Below are positions 1-8,895 of a DNA stretch of 64,000 nucleotides, piece by piece. The stretch covers positions 26,277 to 90,276 of the forward strand of contig JBEKPY010000032.1 in assembly GCA_049520275.1 (NCBI GenBank), given 5' to 3'. The position numbers and the translations under genes are program-made. Position 1 is the stretch's first letter, and every line of letters starts with the position of its first letter. Below the pieces are notes generated by a model. It searched no databases. It was not told the origin of the DNA and saw nothing but the letters and a program-made list of their open reading frames with translations. The stretch comes from Bryobacteraceae bacterium (GTDB taxonomy: Bacteria; Acidobacteriota; Terriglobia; Bryobacterales; Bryobacteraceae).

Positions 1-3000
1 GTGATAAGTGGTCAATTCGGCGCGCTGGTCAGCCGCGACATCCTGGGCCCAAACCCCATCCGTTTGGCGAAAGCGCAACCGCAGGGCTTCATGCCGCTGT
101 ACCGCGCCATCGATGGCCAGTTGCAGCCGTTCTTCGTCGATGCTCGATGGAACCTCCAGCAGAACCGATTGGTTGTAGTGATGCGGATCTACCTTCATTT
201 GGGCAAAAAAGCGGCGCTGGACCGGCGTCAACGGCGAGGGGCCGGCCGCCGGCGTCATTGCCGGACGCGAGCTATCCAGGCGCTGCGCGGCAACAGCGAG
301 CTCCGCAATGGTGGGGTGCTGAAAGATCTGCTTCGGAACCAGCCGAAGTCCTTCTCTCGACGCTCGCGCCACAATCTGCATGGCGATGATGGAGTCGCCG
401 CCCAGGGTGAAGAAACTGTCGTGAATCCCGGGGTTCTGGATGTTAAGAGCCTCACTCCAGATACGGCAAAGAGTCGCCTCTGTCGCGTTGCGCGGCGGAG
501 CGTATCCCGCGCTTCGGGCCTGTGTCAAACGGTCCGGCGCGGGCAGCGCTTTGCGGTCGAGCTTCCCGTTGGCTGTGAGCGGCAGACGGGCCATGCTGAC
601 GAAGAATGCCGGAATCATGTACTCCGGCAGCTTGCGCGACAGCCGATTCGCCAGATGTACGGGGTCCCACTTCCGGCCGTGTTTCAGAGCCACGTACGCG
701 CACAGATATGTTTCCCTGCCGTCGTCGCGGCGATCCATGACGGCGGCGTTTTCCACGCCTTCGATCGCGCTCAGAGCGGCCTCGATCTCGCCCAGCTCGA
801 TGCGATGGCCGCGAATCTTGACCTGATGGTCCTTGCGGCCGAACAGAAGTACATTCCCGTCCGCCGACCAGCATCCCAGGTCCCCCGTACGATACATGCG
901 AACGCCGCGTTCGGTCCGGAATGGATCTTCGCAAAACGCCAGGCTCGTTTTCAGGGAATCGTTCAGATAGCCCCTTCCGACGCCGGTTCCGGAGACACAG
1001 ATTTCTCCTTTGATGCCGGCCGGGCAGAGGTTGCCCTGCTCGTCGACGATATAGATGTGCGTGTTCCGTATCGGTTTGCCGAGAGGAATGCTCGCTGTCT
1101 CCGGCAAACGGCACATCTTGCAATGGGCAATATCGTCGGAAGCCTCGGTCGGCCCGAAGGCATTGACCACCGGAATCGAAGGGAAAAGGCGGAACCACGC
1201 CTCGATCAATTGCGGCTTCACGATCTCGCCGGTCACGCACAGATACGTCAGGGCGGGAAAGGCGTCGCTCCGTTCCAGGCGGGGCAACAGAGCCGCCAGG
1301 TAGGACGGGACCAGTTGCAGAACGGTGACCTGGTCCGATTCGATGCCATCGCGCAAGGCGCCCGGATCCAGCACGACAGCGTCGCTATAAATGACGGTGG
1401 TTCCACCCGCCAGCAGCGCCGCGAAAAACTGCCAGACCGAGATATCGAAGCAGTGTGACGCATTCTGGGCAATCACGCTCTTCGAAGTGATCTCGAAGTC
1501 CTCGACCTTCGCGAGGAAATGATTGAGCATGCCCGCGTGCTCGATCATGACCCCTTTGGGCTTCCCGGTTGAACCGGAGGTAAAAATCACGTACGCCAGA
1601 TCGCCGGGCTGGACGGGAATCCCCAGGTCCGACGCCTCGTAACCGGACGACTCGGCTTCCGTGCGGTCCCAGTCGGCCTGCGTAAGGATCAACTTCGGCC
1701 GAGCCTCGTCCAGAATGGTCCGGATGCGCTCCTCGGGATAACGCGGCTCGATCGGAATGTATGCCGCGCCGCATTTCCAGATGGCGAGGATACACTGCGC
1801 CATCCGTTCGGAGCGCTCCATCACTATGGCGGCAAGGTCCCCCGAGCCCAGTCCTGTCGAACTCCGGAAGAAGCGCGCCAGGCGATTGGCGCGTTCGTTC
1901 AACTCACCGTAGGAAACTGGACGGCCCTCGCAGCGGAGCGCAACGCGTTCGGGATGAGCGCCAGCGCCCTCCTCAAATCGCGCGATGAACGTACGGTCGG
2001 CGTCGAACTCGGCTTTTGTGTTGTTGAAAACTTCGAAAAGCTGTTGTGTTTCGGCGGCAGTAACAATTCGATATTCGCCCAGTCTGCATTCCGGGTGTGC
2101 CGCGAACTCCTCCAAAAGCTGCACATAATGCCCGCCCATGCGGCTGATGGTGGCGCGGCCGAAACGCCGGTCGTCATAGAGCAATTCAATTTGCCACGGA
2201 TCGACGGGAGTAACCTGCAACGTCAGCGGAATGTCCGTGCGGTCGTACACCTCGACATCGCTCACCTCCCATCCACCGGCGCTGCGCTGCAGCGACTGGT
2301 CGAGAGGGTAGTTCATGAAAACGATATTGCTCTCGAAGAGCGGAAGATTGCCCGCAATGCCACTCCACTGCCGAATGTCCGAAAGAGCCGCGTATTCGTA
2401 CGGCGATCGCAGCGCCTGCAACCCCTGCAGGCTCTTCAACCAGGGCACCAGGGCTGCCTGCGGGTCCACCTGCGCGCGAATCGGAACCGTGTTGATGAAA
2501 ACGCCGAGCATCGATTCGATGCCGGCCAGTTCAGGAGGCCGGCCGGCCACGGTAGCACCGAAGACAACGTCCTTCTCGGAACAATATCGAGACAACAGCA
2601 GAGCCCACGCACCCTGCATGATCGCGTTGAGCGTGAGTTGATGCCGGGTGGCGAGCGCGCGCATGCGGTTCGCAAGGCCGGCAGGCGGGGCCATGATCGC
2701 TCGCGCCTCAGCCACGCTCCCCGTGATCGGTCCCGCGCGGTCGGGCAAAGGCGTAGGTCCCTGAAAGCCTTCCAGATGCTGTTGCCAGAACTCGCGTGCC
2801 CGGCCCGAGTTCTGGCGCTGCAGCCACAGGATGAATTCGCGATAGGCAGGCGCCGGCGGCAGCGTGGAACCGTCGCGCTCGCTGAGCTGACGGCACAGAT
2901 GAAACAGCTCCCCAAGTACGATCTGCAAACACCAGCCATCCATGAGCAGGTGATGATGGGTCCAGTAAAACCGGAATTCCGCGTCGCCGGTCTGGACCAG

Positions 3001-3369
3001 ACGGCACCGCATCAACGGCGCCTGGTCGAGACGAAACGGAGTCCTCCGGTCCGCCGCAAGACACTCGCTCCAGCGTTGTCGTTGCGCTTCCCGCTGGGTG
3101 CCCCGCCAGTCTTCGAAGGTCCAGGGAAGAGTGGCCTCCCGCCGGACTACCTGTATCGGCTTGTCGAGACTGTGAGCATGGAAGGACGTGCGCAAAACCG
3201 GCTGGCGATCCACCAGGGCCTGCCAAGCCTGGCGGAATATCGCGGCCCGCAGATCGCCCGAAAAGGTACAGCTCAACTGGCTCAGGTAGGCGGACGACTG
3301 CGGTTCCGAAAGCGCATGGAACAGCATGCCCTTCTGAATCGGAGACAGTTCGTAGATATCCTCGATCAT
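1..3369 (-). CDS. Non-ribosomal peptide synthetase, partial (C-A-T-C..., continues beyond left edge)
   Basis: Manual translation of the minus strand gives an ATG at 3369 with N-terminus MIEDIYELSPIQKGMLFHAL. C domain with HHHLLMDGW; A-domain motifs LSYGELNERANRLA, FTSGSTGKPKGV, NAFGPTEA, GELCVSGTGVGRGY; PCP FFTLGGDSIIAMQ; then start of a further C domain (LTPVQRRFF) running off position 1. Not in the ORF track because no stop lies in the window. Confidence 0.85.
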   Translation of the reverse strand, partial: MIEDIYELSPIQKGMLFHALSEPQSSAYLSQLSCTFSGDLRAAIFRQAWQALVDRQPVLRTSFHAHSLDKPIQVVRREATLPWTFEDWRGTQREAQRQRWSECLAADRRTPFRLDQAPLMRCRLVQTGDAEFRFYWTHHHLLMDGWCLQIVLGELFHLCRQLSERDGSTLPPAPAYREFILWLQRQNSGRAREFWQQHLEGFQGPTPLPDRAGPITGSVAEARAIMAPPAGLANRMRALATRHQLTLNAIMQGAWALLLSRYCSEKDVVFGATVAGRPPELAGIESMLGVFINTVPIRAQVDPQAALVPWLKSLQGLQALRSPYEYAALSDIRQWSGIAGNLPLFESNIVFMNYPLDQSLQRSAGGWEVSDVEVYDRTDIPLTLQVTPVDPWQIELLYDDRRFGRATISRMGGHYVQLLEEFAAHPECRLGEYRIVTAAETQQLFEVFNNTKAEFDADRTFIARFEEGAGAHPERVALRCEGRPVSYGELNERANRLARFFRSSTGLGSGDLAAIVMERSERMAQCILAIWKCGAAYIPIEPRYPEERIRTILDEARPKLILTQADWDRTEAESSGYEASDLGIPVQPGDLAYVIFTSGSTGKPKGVMIEHAGMLNHFLAKVEDFEITSKSVIAQNASHCFDISVWQFFAALLAGGTTVIYSDAVVLDPGALRDGIESDQVTVLQLVPSYLAALLPRLERSDAFPALTYLCVTGEIVKPQLIEAWFRLFPSIPVVNAFGPTEASDDIAHCKMCRLPETASIPLGKPIRNTHIYIVDEQGNLCPAGIKGEICVSGTGVGRGYLNDSLKTSLAFCEDPFRTERGVRMYRTGDLGCWSADGNVLLFGRKDHQVKIRGHRIELGEIEAALSAIEGVENAAVMDRRDDGRETYLCAYVALKHGRKWDPVHLANRLSRKLPEYMIPAFFVSMARLPLTANGKLDRKALPAPDRLTQARSAGYAPPRNATEATLCRIWSEALNIQNPGIHDSFFTLGGDSIIAMQIVARASREGLRLVPKQIFQHPTIAELAVAAQRLDSSRPAMTPAAGPSPLTPVQRRFFAQMKVDPHHYNQSVLLEVPSSIDEERLQLAIDGAVQRHEALRLRFRQTDGVWAQDVAADQRAELTTYH

Positions 3370-3414
3370 CGTGAGATTAGAGGACCCGCCGGGTGTCCTT
3401 GCATCGTGCAAGCA

Positions 3415-6400
3415 TCAGGAGTTGCCCATGCCGGCGATCAACGCGTCCAGTTCCGTTTGATCGAGCCGCGCGCCCGGAAAGTCGGACGGCGTATAGGCCG
3501 GCGAATCCGCTGTCCGGCAGCTATCCACGAGTGCGCCGAGGATGACGGTGTACCGTTGCGCCAGCCGCTCGATGGTGGCGCGATCGTGCATGTTCTTACT
3601 GAACGTCCACGTCATCGCGAGTTGTCCGGCAGTCACGATCCCGTTGATTTCGAGAACGTGCGACCGCCGGTTAGCGGAAGCTACCTCGGGACTGCTCAAT
3701 CCGAGGACGGGTTTCCATGCATCGCCGGCCGTTAGCACACGATCGGTCTGGCCCAGATAGTTAAAAAGCACCTCCGCGGCGGGTTGCGCCAGGACCTCGG
3801 CGTCGCGCCTGAGGTAGCGAGCCAGGCCATAGCCAAAACCTCGCAAAGGTATCGCGCGAAGCTGTTCCTTGACCGCCTTCAAAGCCTGCACCGGTGAAGC
3901 CCCGGATTCGCCGCGCAAAAGCACCGGATACAACGCCGTGAACCAACCGGCCGTTCTCGAGCAATCGAGATCGGGAAACAGGTCTTCGCGCCCGTGCCCT
4001 TCCATGTCCACCAGCAGCCCGGACGAGCCAGTCCATTCCATGAAGGTCAGCAAAAGGGCGGTCAGAAGAATATCGTCGATTCGTGTATTGAAGGCGCGGG
4101 GCGCTTCATGAAGCAGATCGTGCGTGCGGGACCGATCCAGAGAGCACTGCACGTCCGCAGCGGAGGCAAACGTGCCGCTGTCGGACGAGCCTGCGCGATC
4201 CTTCGGGATGGACGTTACCGGAGCCGCACACACATGCCTCCAGTAAGACAGCCCTTCGAAATCGGTCCGGCTGAATTCGTGCAGGCGCGACGACCATTCC
4301 ATGAAGGAGCTGGTCTTCGCCGGAAGCTCCGCGCCGCGGCACAGGGCGTACAGATCCTCCAGCAGGATTCGCCAGGAGACGCCGTCAATGGCCAGATGAT
4401 GCACCGCGACGAGCAGAAGCGATGGACCGCTTCCCGGTCGCCGGAATAGATGAACCCGGATCAGCGGCCCGTGGGCCAGATCCATGCCGCTCTGAATCTG
4501 GGCGGCGCGGCGCTCCACTTCCGAATCCGTGGCCACGTTCGACCAGGTGAAGGGGATCTCCGCGCCCGGCACATCGTATCGTTGTTCCCACTTCTCGCCG
4601 ATCTTGGCAAACCGCAGGCGAAGCGCGTCGTGGTGCTTCAACAACCCCTCCACGGCGAACTGCACCGCCTCCGGCGCCAGGTCCGGAGGGACTTCCAGCA
4701 TCACCGACTGGTTGAAGTGGTGCGGAGCCGCGAAGCTCTGCGAGAAGAACCACTCCTGCATGGGCGCAAGCGGCACGGCGCCCGTGACTGCACCTTGCTC
4801 CGCCACTACTGCCCGCGCGTCGACGGCCACGGCCGCCAGCTCCGCGATCGTCTGATGCTCGAAGAACTGCTGCGCGGACAACTTGATCCCCGCGTGGTTG
4901 GCACGAGCTACCGCCTGGATGATGAGAATCGAGTCGCCTCCGAGCTCGAAGAAGTTGTCGCGAATGCCGACCCGGTCGAGCCCCAACACTTCGGCCCAGA
5001 TGCGCGCCACACGCTCCTGAATTTCCGATTCGGGAGCGTCCCCGCCGCCACCAGCCGCCGCGGCCTCTCTGGGAGCGGGCAGAGCCTTACGGTCGATCTT
5101 GCCGTTGGCCGTCAGCGGCATGTCGTCCAAAACGACGAATACGGGAGGCACCATGAACTCGGGCAACCGGTTTTTCAGGTACTCGCGGAGATCCGCGGGC
5201 GTGACCGGCCCATCCACCGTCACATAGGCAGCCAGGCGTTTCTCCCCGGGCTGGTTCTCATGAACCACAACCACCGCATCGCGGATTCGGCGATGCTGCG
5301 CGAGCACCGACTCGATCTCACCCAGTTCGACGCGGTACCCGCGGATCTTTACCTGAGTGTCCTTGCGGCCAATCAACTCCAACTCTCCGTCCGGCAACCA
5401 CACACCCAGATCGCCGGTGCGGTAGAGCCGCTCCCCATCCTGGAATGGGTTTGGAACGAACGCCGTCTCCGTCTGGTCGGGACGATTCAGATATCCTCGC
5501 GCCAGGCCCACGCCTGCAATACAGATTTCGCCGATGCACCCTTCGGGAACCAGCTCCAGGTTTGCATCCAGCAAATAGATGGCGATGTTATCGATCGCCT
5601 TCCCGATCGGAATCCTCGCCGCATAGGAAGCGAGCGGGTCCACACGATGATGCGTCACGCAGACCGTCGCTTCGGTCGGCCCATAGGAGTTGTAATAAGC
5701 GATGTTCCTGGCGAAATCGCGCGCGTCGTCGACTTTGGCGTTGTCCCCCGCACTGACGATTCGCTTCACCGAATGCAGCTTGCCGCGATCCAGTGCGGCC
5801 AGGTACACGGGAGGCGCGGTGATGGTGGTCACGCCGTGCTTCTGAACCAGCTCCGAAAACTGTGCCGGGTCCTTGATCGCGGCGCGCGGGATGGTGACCA
5901 CGGTTCCTCCCGCCATCAATGGCACCAGGACCTCGAACAGGGAGGAATCGAAGCCGGCGGAATAGAATTGGGAAAAACGATCGGAGGCGTCGATCCCGAA
6001 CGCGGCAATATGATGCAGCGCCATGTTGACGAAGCCGCGGTGCTCCAGAATCACACCCTTGGGTTTGCCGGTCGAACCGGAGGTATAGATAATGTAGGCG
6101 GCGTCGTGAGGCTGGGCTGCTGGCGATGGATCGTCTGTGGACGTTTCGAGCGCGTCCAACTGAAGATCGAGCGCGAACATAGGCGTGGCATAGAACGCGC
6201 TCAACTGCGACATTTGCTCCGAGTGAATCAGCAGGACCCGCACACCGGCATCGTCGATCAGGAACTGAAGCCGTTCTTCCGGGTACTCGGGGTCCAGAGG
6301 GAGATAGACGCAACCGGCTTTCAGAACCGCCAGGAGCGCCGTAATCCACGATTCGGAAGCGTCCGATACGACACCCACCACATCGCCGGTCTGCAACCCA

Positions 6401-7290
6401 TATTCGCTTTTGAGGAAGTGAGCGAGCCGGTTCGCGCGCTCATTCAACTCGGCGTAGGTCAGCCCCGCGCCGTCGTTGACAACCGCGAGCGCGCCGGGCT
6501 GGCTGGCCGCCCGTTGCTCGAACACCTCCGCGATGGAAACCGCGGGCAACACCCGTTGCGTCTCGTGGCGAGCGTACCGCGATCGCTCCGCGTCATCCAT
6601 TAGCGAAACTCCGCTCAACGGACGATCGATGTCTTCATAGCCGGCGAGAACATTTCCGAGGTGGCGTGCGAAATGACTGAGATACTCAGGGGAGAAGGCG
6701 GCGGCGGCCCCGCTCAGATGGATGCGCAAGCCGCGCCCGCGCCTGACTTCAATCGCGAGATCGAAGCGCTCCGGATTCTCCAGGCGGGCGTGCACACCCT
6801 CAAACTGAAGCGACACGTTGGTCGACAAACTGGCTGCGTTTCCCGACTGCTTAGCTGCATCCGCGATGGAAAAATCCCGATAGGTGTAGCTATCCGAGAC
6901 CGTGCGCCGGATGGCGTTCAGATACTCCCGGACGGCGCCATCCGCCGGAACCTCCGCAATCAAAGGCAGGGATCCGCTTTCGCCCGCCATCAAGGGAGAC
7001 TCCACCTGCACCACGGGCGATCCGCTGTAGGCGCTCAAAACGTGAAATATTCCGCCGGCAATGACCACGAACGCACCCAGGTCGTTACCGCCGGAGAGAT
7101 CGTCGATGAGCGCAAGGGCGGACGGAGGCAACTCCACTTCCTGCTCTATTCGCCCGCTCCGTGGAAGCGCGTACGCCCGCTGATGCTGTCGTAGCTGGAA
7201 GCCGCCACGAAGTTTCCGAATCGCGAGCTTCCAGAAGTTCGCGTGTTCGCAATACCCTTCGCTGGTTAGTGTCTGATTCATCGCATTCAT
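3415..7290 (-). CDS. Non-ribosomal peptide synthetase: truncated (C-terminal lobe only) C domain - A - T - E
   Basis: 1291-aa ORF. A motifs LTYAELNERANRLAHFL, YTSGSTGKPKGV, YGPTEATV, GELCIAGVGLARGY, KIRGYRVELGEIE; PCP FFELGGDSILIIQ. Final domain carries HHLAIDGVSWRIL, typical of epimerisation domains. The first ~200 aa resemble only the C-terminal half of a C domain; no HHxxxDG. Confidence 0.85.
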   Translation of the reverse strand: MNAMNQTLTSEGYCEHANFWKLAIRKLRGGFQLRQHQRAYALPRSGRIEQEVELPPSALALIDDLSGGNDLGAFVVIAGGIFHVLSAYSGSPVVQVESPLMAGESGSLPLIAEVPADGAVREYLNAIRRTVSDSYTYRDFSIADAAKQSGNAASLSTNVSLQFEGVHARLENPERFDLAIEVRRGRGLRIHLSGAAAAFSPEYLSHFARHLGNVLAGYEDIDRPLSGVSLMDDAERSRYARHETQRVLPAVSIAEVFEQRAASQPGALAVVNDGAGLTYAELNERANRLAHFLKSEYGLQTGDVVGVVSDASESWITALLAVLKAGCVYLPLDPEYPEERLQFLIDDAGVRVLLIHSEQMSQLSAFYATPMFALDLQLDALETSTDDPSPAAQPHDAAYIIYTSGSTGKPKGVILEHRGFVNMALHHIAAFGIDASDRFSQFYSAGFDSSLFEVLVPLMAGGTVVTIPRAAIKDPAQFSELVQKHGVTTITAPPVYLAALDRGKLHSVKRIVSAGDNAKVDDARDFARNIAYYNSYGPTEATVCVTHHRVDPLASYAARIPIGKAIDNIAIYLLDANLELVPEGCIGEICIAGVGLARGYLNRPDQTETAFVPNPFQDGERLYRTGDLGVWLPDGELELIGRKDTQVKIRGYRVELGEIESVLAQHRRIRDAVVVVHENQPGEKRLAAYVTVDGPVTPADLREYLKNRLPEFMVPPVFVVLDDMPLTANGKIDRKALPAPREAAAAGGGGDAPESEIQERVARIWAEVLGLDRVGIRDNFFELGGDSILIIQAVARANHAGIKLSAQQFFEHQTIAELAAVAVDARAVVAEQGAVTGAVPLAPMQEWFFSQSFAAPHHFNQSVMLEVPPDLAPEAVQFAVEGLLKHHDALRLRFAKIGEKWEQRYDVPGAEIPFTWSNVATDSEVERRAAQIQSGMDLAHGPLIRVHLFRRPGSGPSLLLVAVHHLAIDGVSWRILLEDLYALCRGAELPAKTSSFMEWSSRLHEFSRTDFEGLSYWRHVCAAPVTSIPKDRAGSSDSGTFASAADVQCSLDRSRTHDLLHEAPRAFNTRIDDILLTALLLTFMEWTGSSGLLVDMEGHGREDLFPDLDCSRTAGWFTALYPVLLRGESGASPVQALKAVKEQLRAIPLRGFGYGLARYLRRDAEVLAQPAAEVLFNYLGQTDRVLTAGDAWKPVLGLSSPEVASANRRSHVLEINGIVTAGQLAMTWTFSKNMHDRATIERLAQRYTVILGALVDSCRTADSPAYTPSDFPGARLDQTELDALIAGMGNS

Positions 7291-7296
7291 TTTGAT

Positions 7297-8895
7297 CTAG
7301 TGCGTCCAAATTTCCTTCTGCGCGTACAGGTTCTCGGACACAATTCCGCGGGCCCGACAGTGGGCCACCAGCTTGCGCGACTGGATGTACGATTCGGACT
7401 CTTCATTCAGTTCGTTATCGAGGATGTGCGACAGCCACGGCTCCTGGCCCATCGCGTAGACATACACCTGCTTGAAATGGAAGCGATCCACCAGCGCGGA
7501 CGCCTCGTCGAACGTGGACCCTCGCGAGCGCCGGGACCGGTCCACTTCGCGCGGCAGCGCCTGCGGGAAGAACACGCCGTAGAGCCAGGAAGGCGGCGCA
7601 CCTTCGCATTCCATCCCCAGGAACAGGATTTCGGGCTCACCGGCCTGCCGGAAGACATGCTCGAACAGCCGCGTCTCGGGATTACAGGAATCGGCCACGC
7701 ACAGCACTCTCCGTTCGCCAATGCGGACCAGATAAGCGTTCTTGCTCTGGATCAGAAGATCGTGGTGCTCGCCCAGGAAGGGGATCGCGGTAATGCTGCC
7801 GTTGGGAATGGGAATCTCGGTCATGTCGCGCACTTCCATGACATTCGGAAACCCGGTATTTTGCAGGGCAAGCTGCAATGACGGGTCCTGCAGGAAGCCG
7901 TCGAGATTGCGGCCCACCACCACGGTTTTCACCTTGTGGCGCAATTGCAGCAGCGTCTCCAGCAGGATGTGATCGTGATGGCTGTGCGTGATCAGAACGT
8001 AGTCGATCCGATCCGGCAGGTCGGCGTAGGTATAGCGCGGCAGGTCCGCCGAATAGGTGTAGCTTACGATGGGGTCCACCAGGATCGTGACGTTCTTCGT
8101 CTCGATCAGCAAACACGCATGCCCGAGGTAGCGGATGCGCATCTGGTCTCCGTCGTAAGCCGGGGCCGGCGGCGGGGCGGCCTCCGTGAAAAAGGACTGA
8201 AACCGAAATTCGGCCGCACCCGCGATGTCGAAGCAATCGCGAATCGCTCCGTACGATTGTGCTTCCCGCTTCATGCGAAACAGGCGATCGAGACCCGGAT
8301 TGCGAAACGGCGTCTCCAGGAACACCGTTTGATCGTCCTTGAGGCGGGGCGTGCTCATGATGAACGGGCGCTCCTTGTCGCGAACGATCTCGGAAAGCGC
8401 GATGCTCTGGGCGCTTTCGGCATACATCTCGCTGCGATACAGAAGCGGCTCAAACACGCGCACGGTCGGACTGTGATTCACGTCGTAGCACAGCTCGACA
8501 TAGCCTTTGAGGACATCGGGCATCTCTTTGTAGATGGGGTCCAAAGCCATGCCCTTCGCCTTTTGCACCAGGGCGGAAGAGAATTGCTTCAGAGCGCGGC
8601 CGAACTCCAGAACGCGCTGGCAGCGGCTGGTGGTCTGCTCCAGCAGAGCTTTCACCTCGTCGACCCGCTTGCCCCCAAGGTCGATAAACGGGCCGCCCTT
8701 CATCGCAGGGTTCTTCAGCGCCGCCACGTGCAGTTGAGGCGAGGCCACGTAGGACTTCATGATGGGCAGGTAGCGCTCCAGGAGATTCAGGGCGGCCGAT
8801 GCCGGGGGAATCAGGAGAACCCAGGCGTACCAGTTGTTCCACAACGGCTCCACCTGGATGTTTGGCTTGAGATAGACTTTGCATTCGCCGGTCAT
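7297..8895 (-). CDS. CmlA-like non-heme diiron beta-hydroxylase (N-terminal domain + MBL-fold domain)
   Basis: 532 aa. C-terminal metallo-beta-lactamase fold (LITHSHHDHIL, multiple H/D/E ligand motifs); ~250-aa N-terminal domain. Size and two-domain layout match CmlA-type PCP-substrate beta-hydroxylases. Embedded between NRPS genes and translationally coupled to both. Confidence 0.55.
   Translation of the reverse strand: MTGECKVYLKPNIQVEPLWNNWYAWVLLIPPASAALNLLERYLPIMKSYVASPQLHVAALKNPAMKGGPFIDLGGKRVDEVKALLEQTTSRCQRVLEFGRALKQFSSALVQKAKGMALDPIYKEMPDVLKGYVELCYDVNHSPTVRVFEPLLYRSEMYAESAQSIALSEIVRDKERPFIMSTPRLKDDQTVFLETPFRNPGLDRLFRMKREAQSYGAIRDCFDIAGAAEFRFQSFFTEAAPPPAPAYDGDQMRIRYLGHACLLIETKNVTILVDPIVSYTYSADLPRYTYADLPDRIDYVLITHSHHDHILLETLLQLRHKVKTVVVGRNLDGFLQDPSLQLALQNTGFPNVMEVRDMTEIPIPNGSITAIPFLGEHHDLLIQSKNAYLVRIGERRVLCVADSCNPETRLFEHVFRQAGEPEILFLGMECEGAPPSWLYGVFFPQALPREVDRSRRSRGSTFDEASALVDRFHFKQVYVYAMGQEPWLSHILDNELNEESESYIQSRKLVAHCRARGIVSENLYAQKEIWTH

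Noticed and set aside
1-3735. Plus-strand ORFs 1..1458 (485 aa) and 1954..3735 (593 aa)
   Set aside because: Antisense to the off-edge NRPS revealed by manual minus-strand translation; Arg/Ala/Gly-rich low-complexity translations with no motifs.
4450-6603. Plus-strand 717-aa ORF
   Set aside because: Lies entirely antisense to the NRPS A-T region; typical high-GC shadow ORF.
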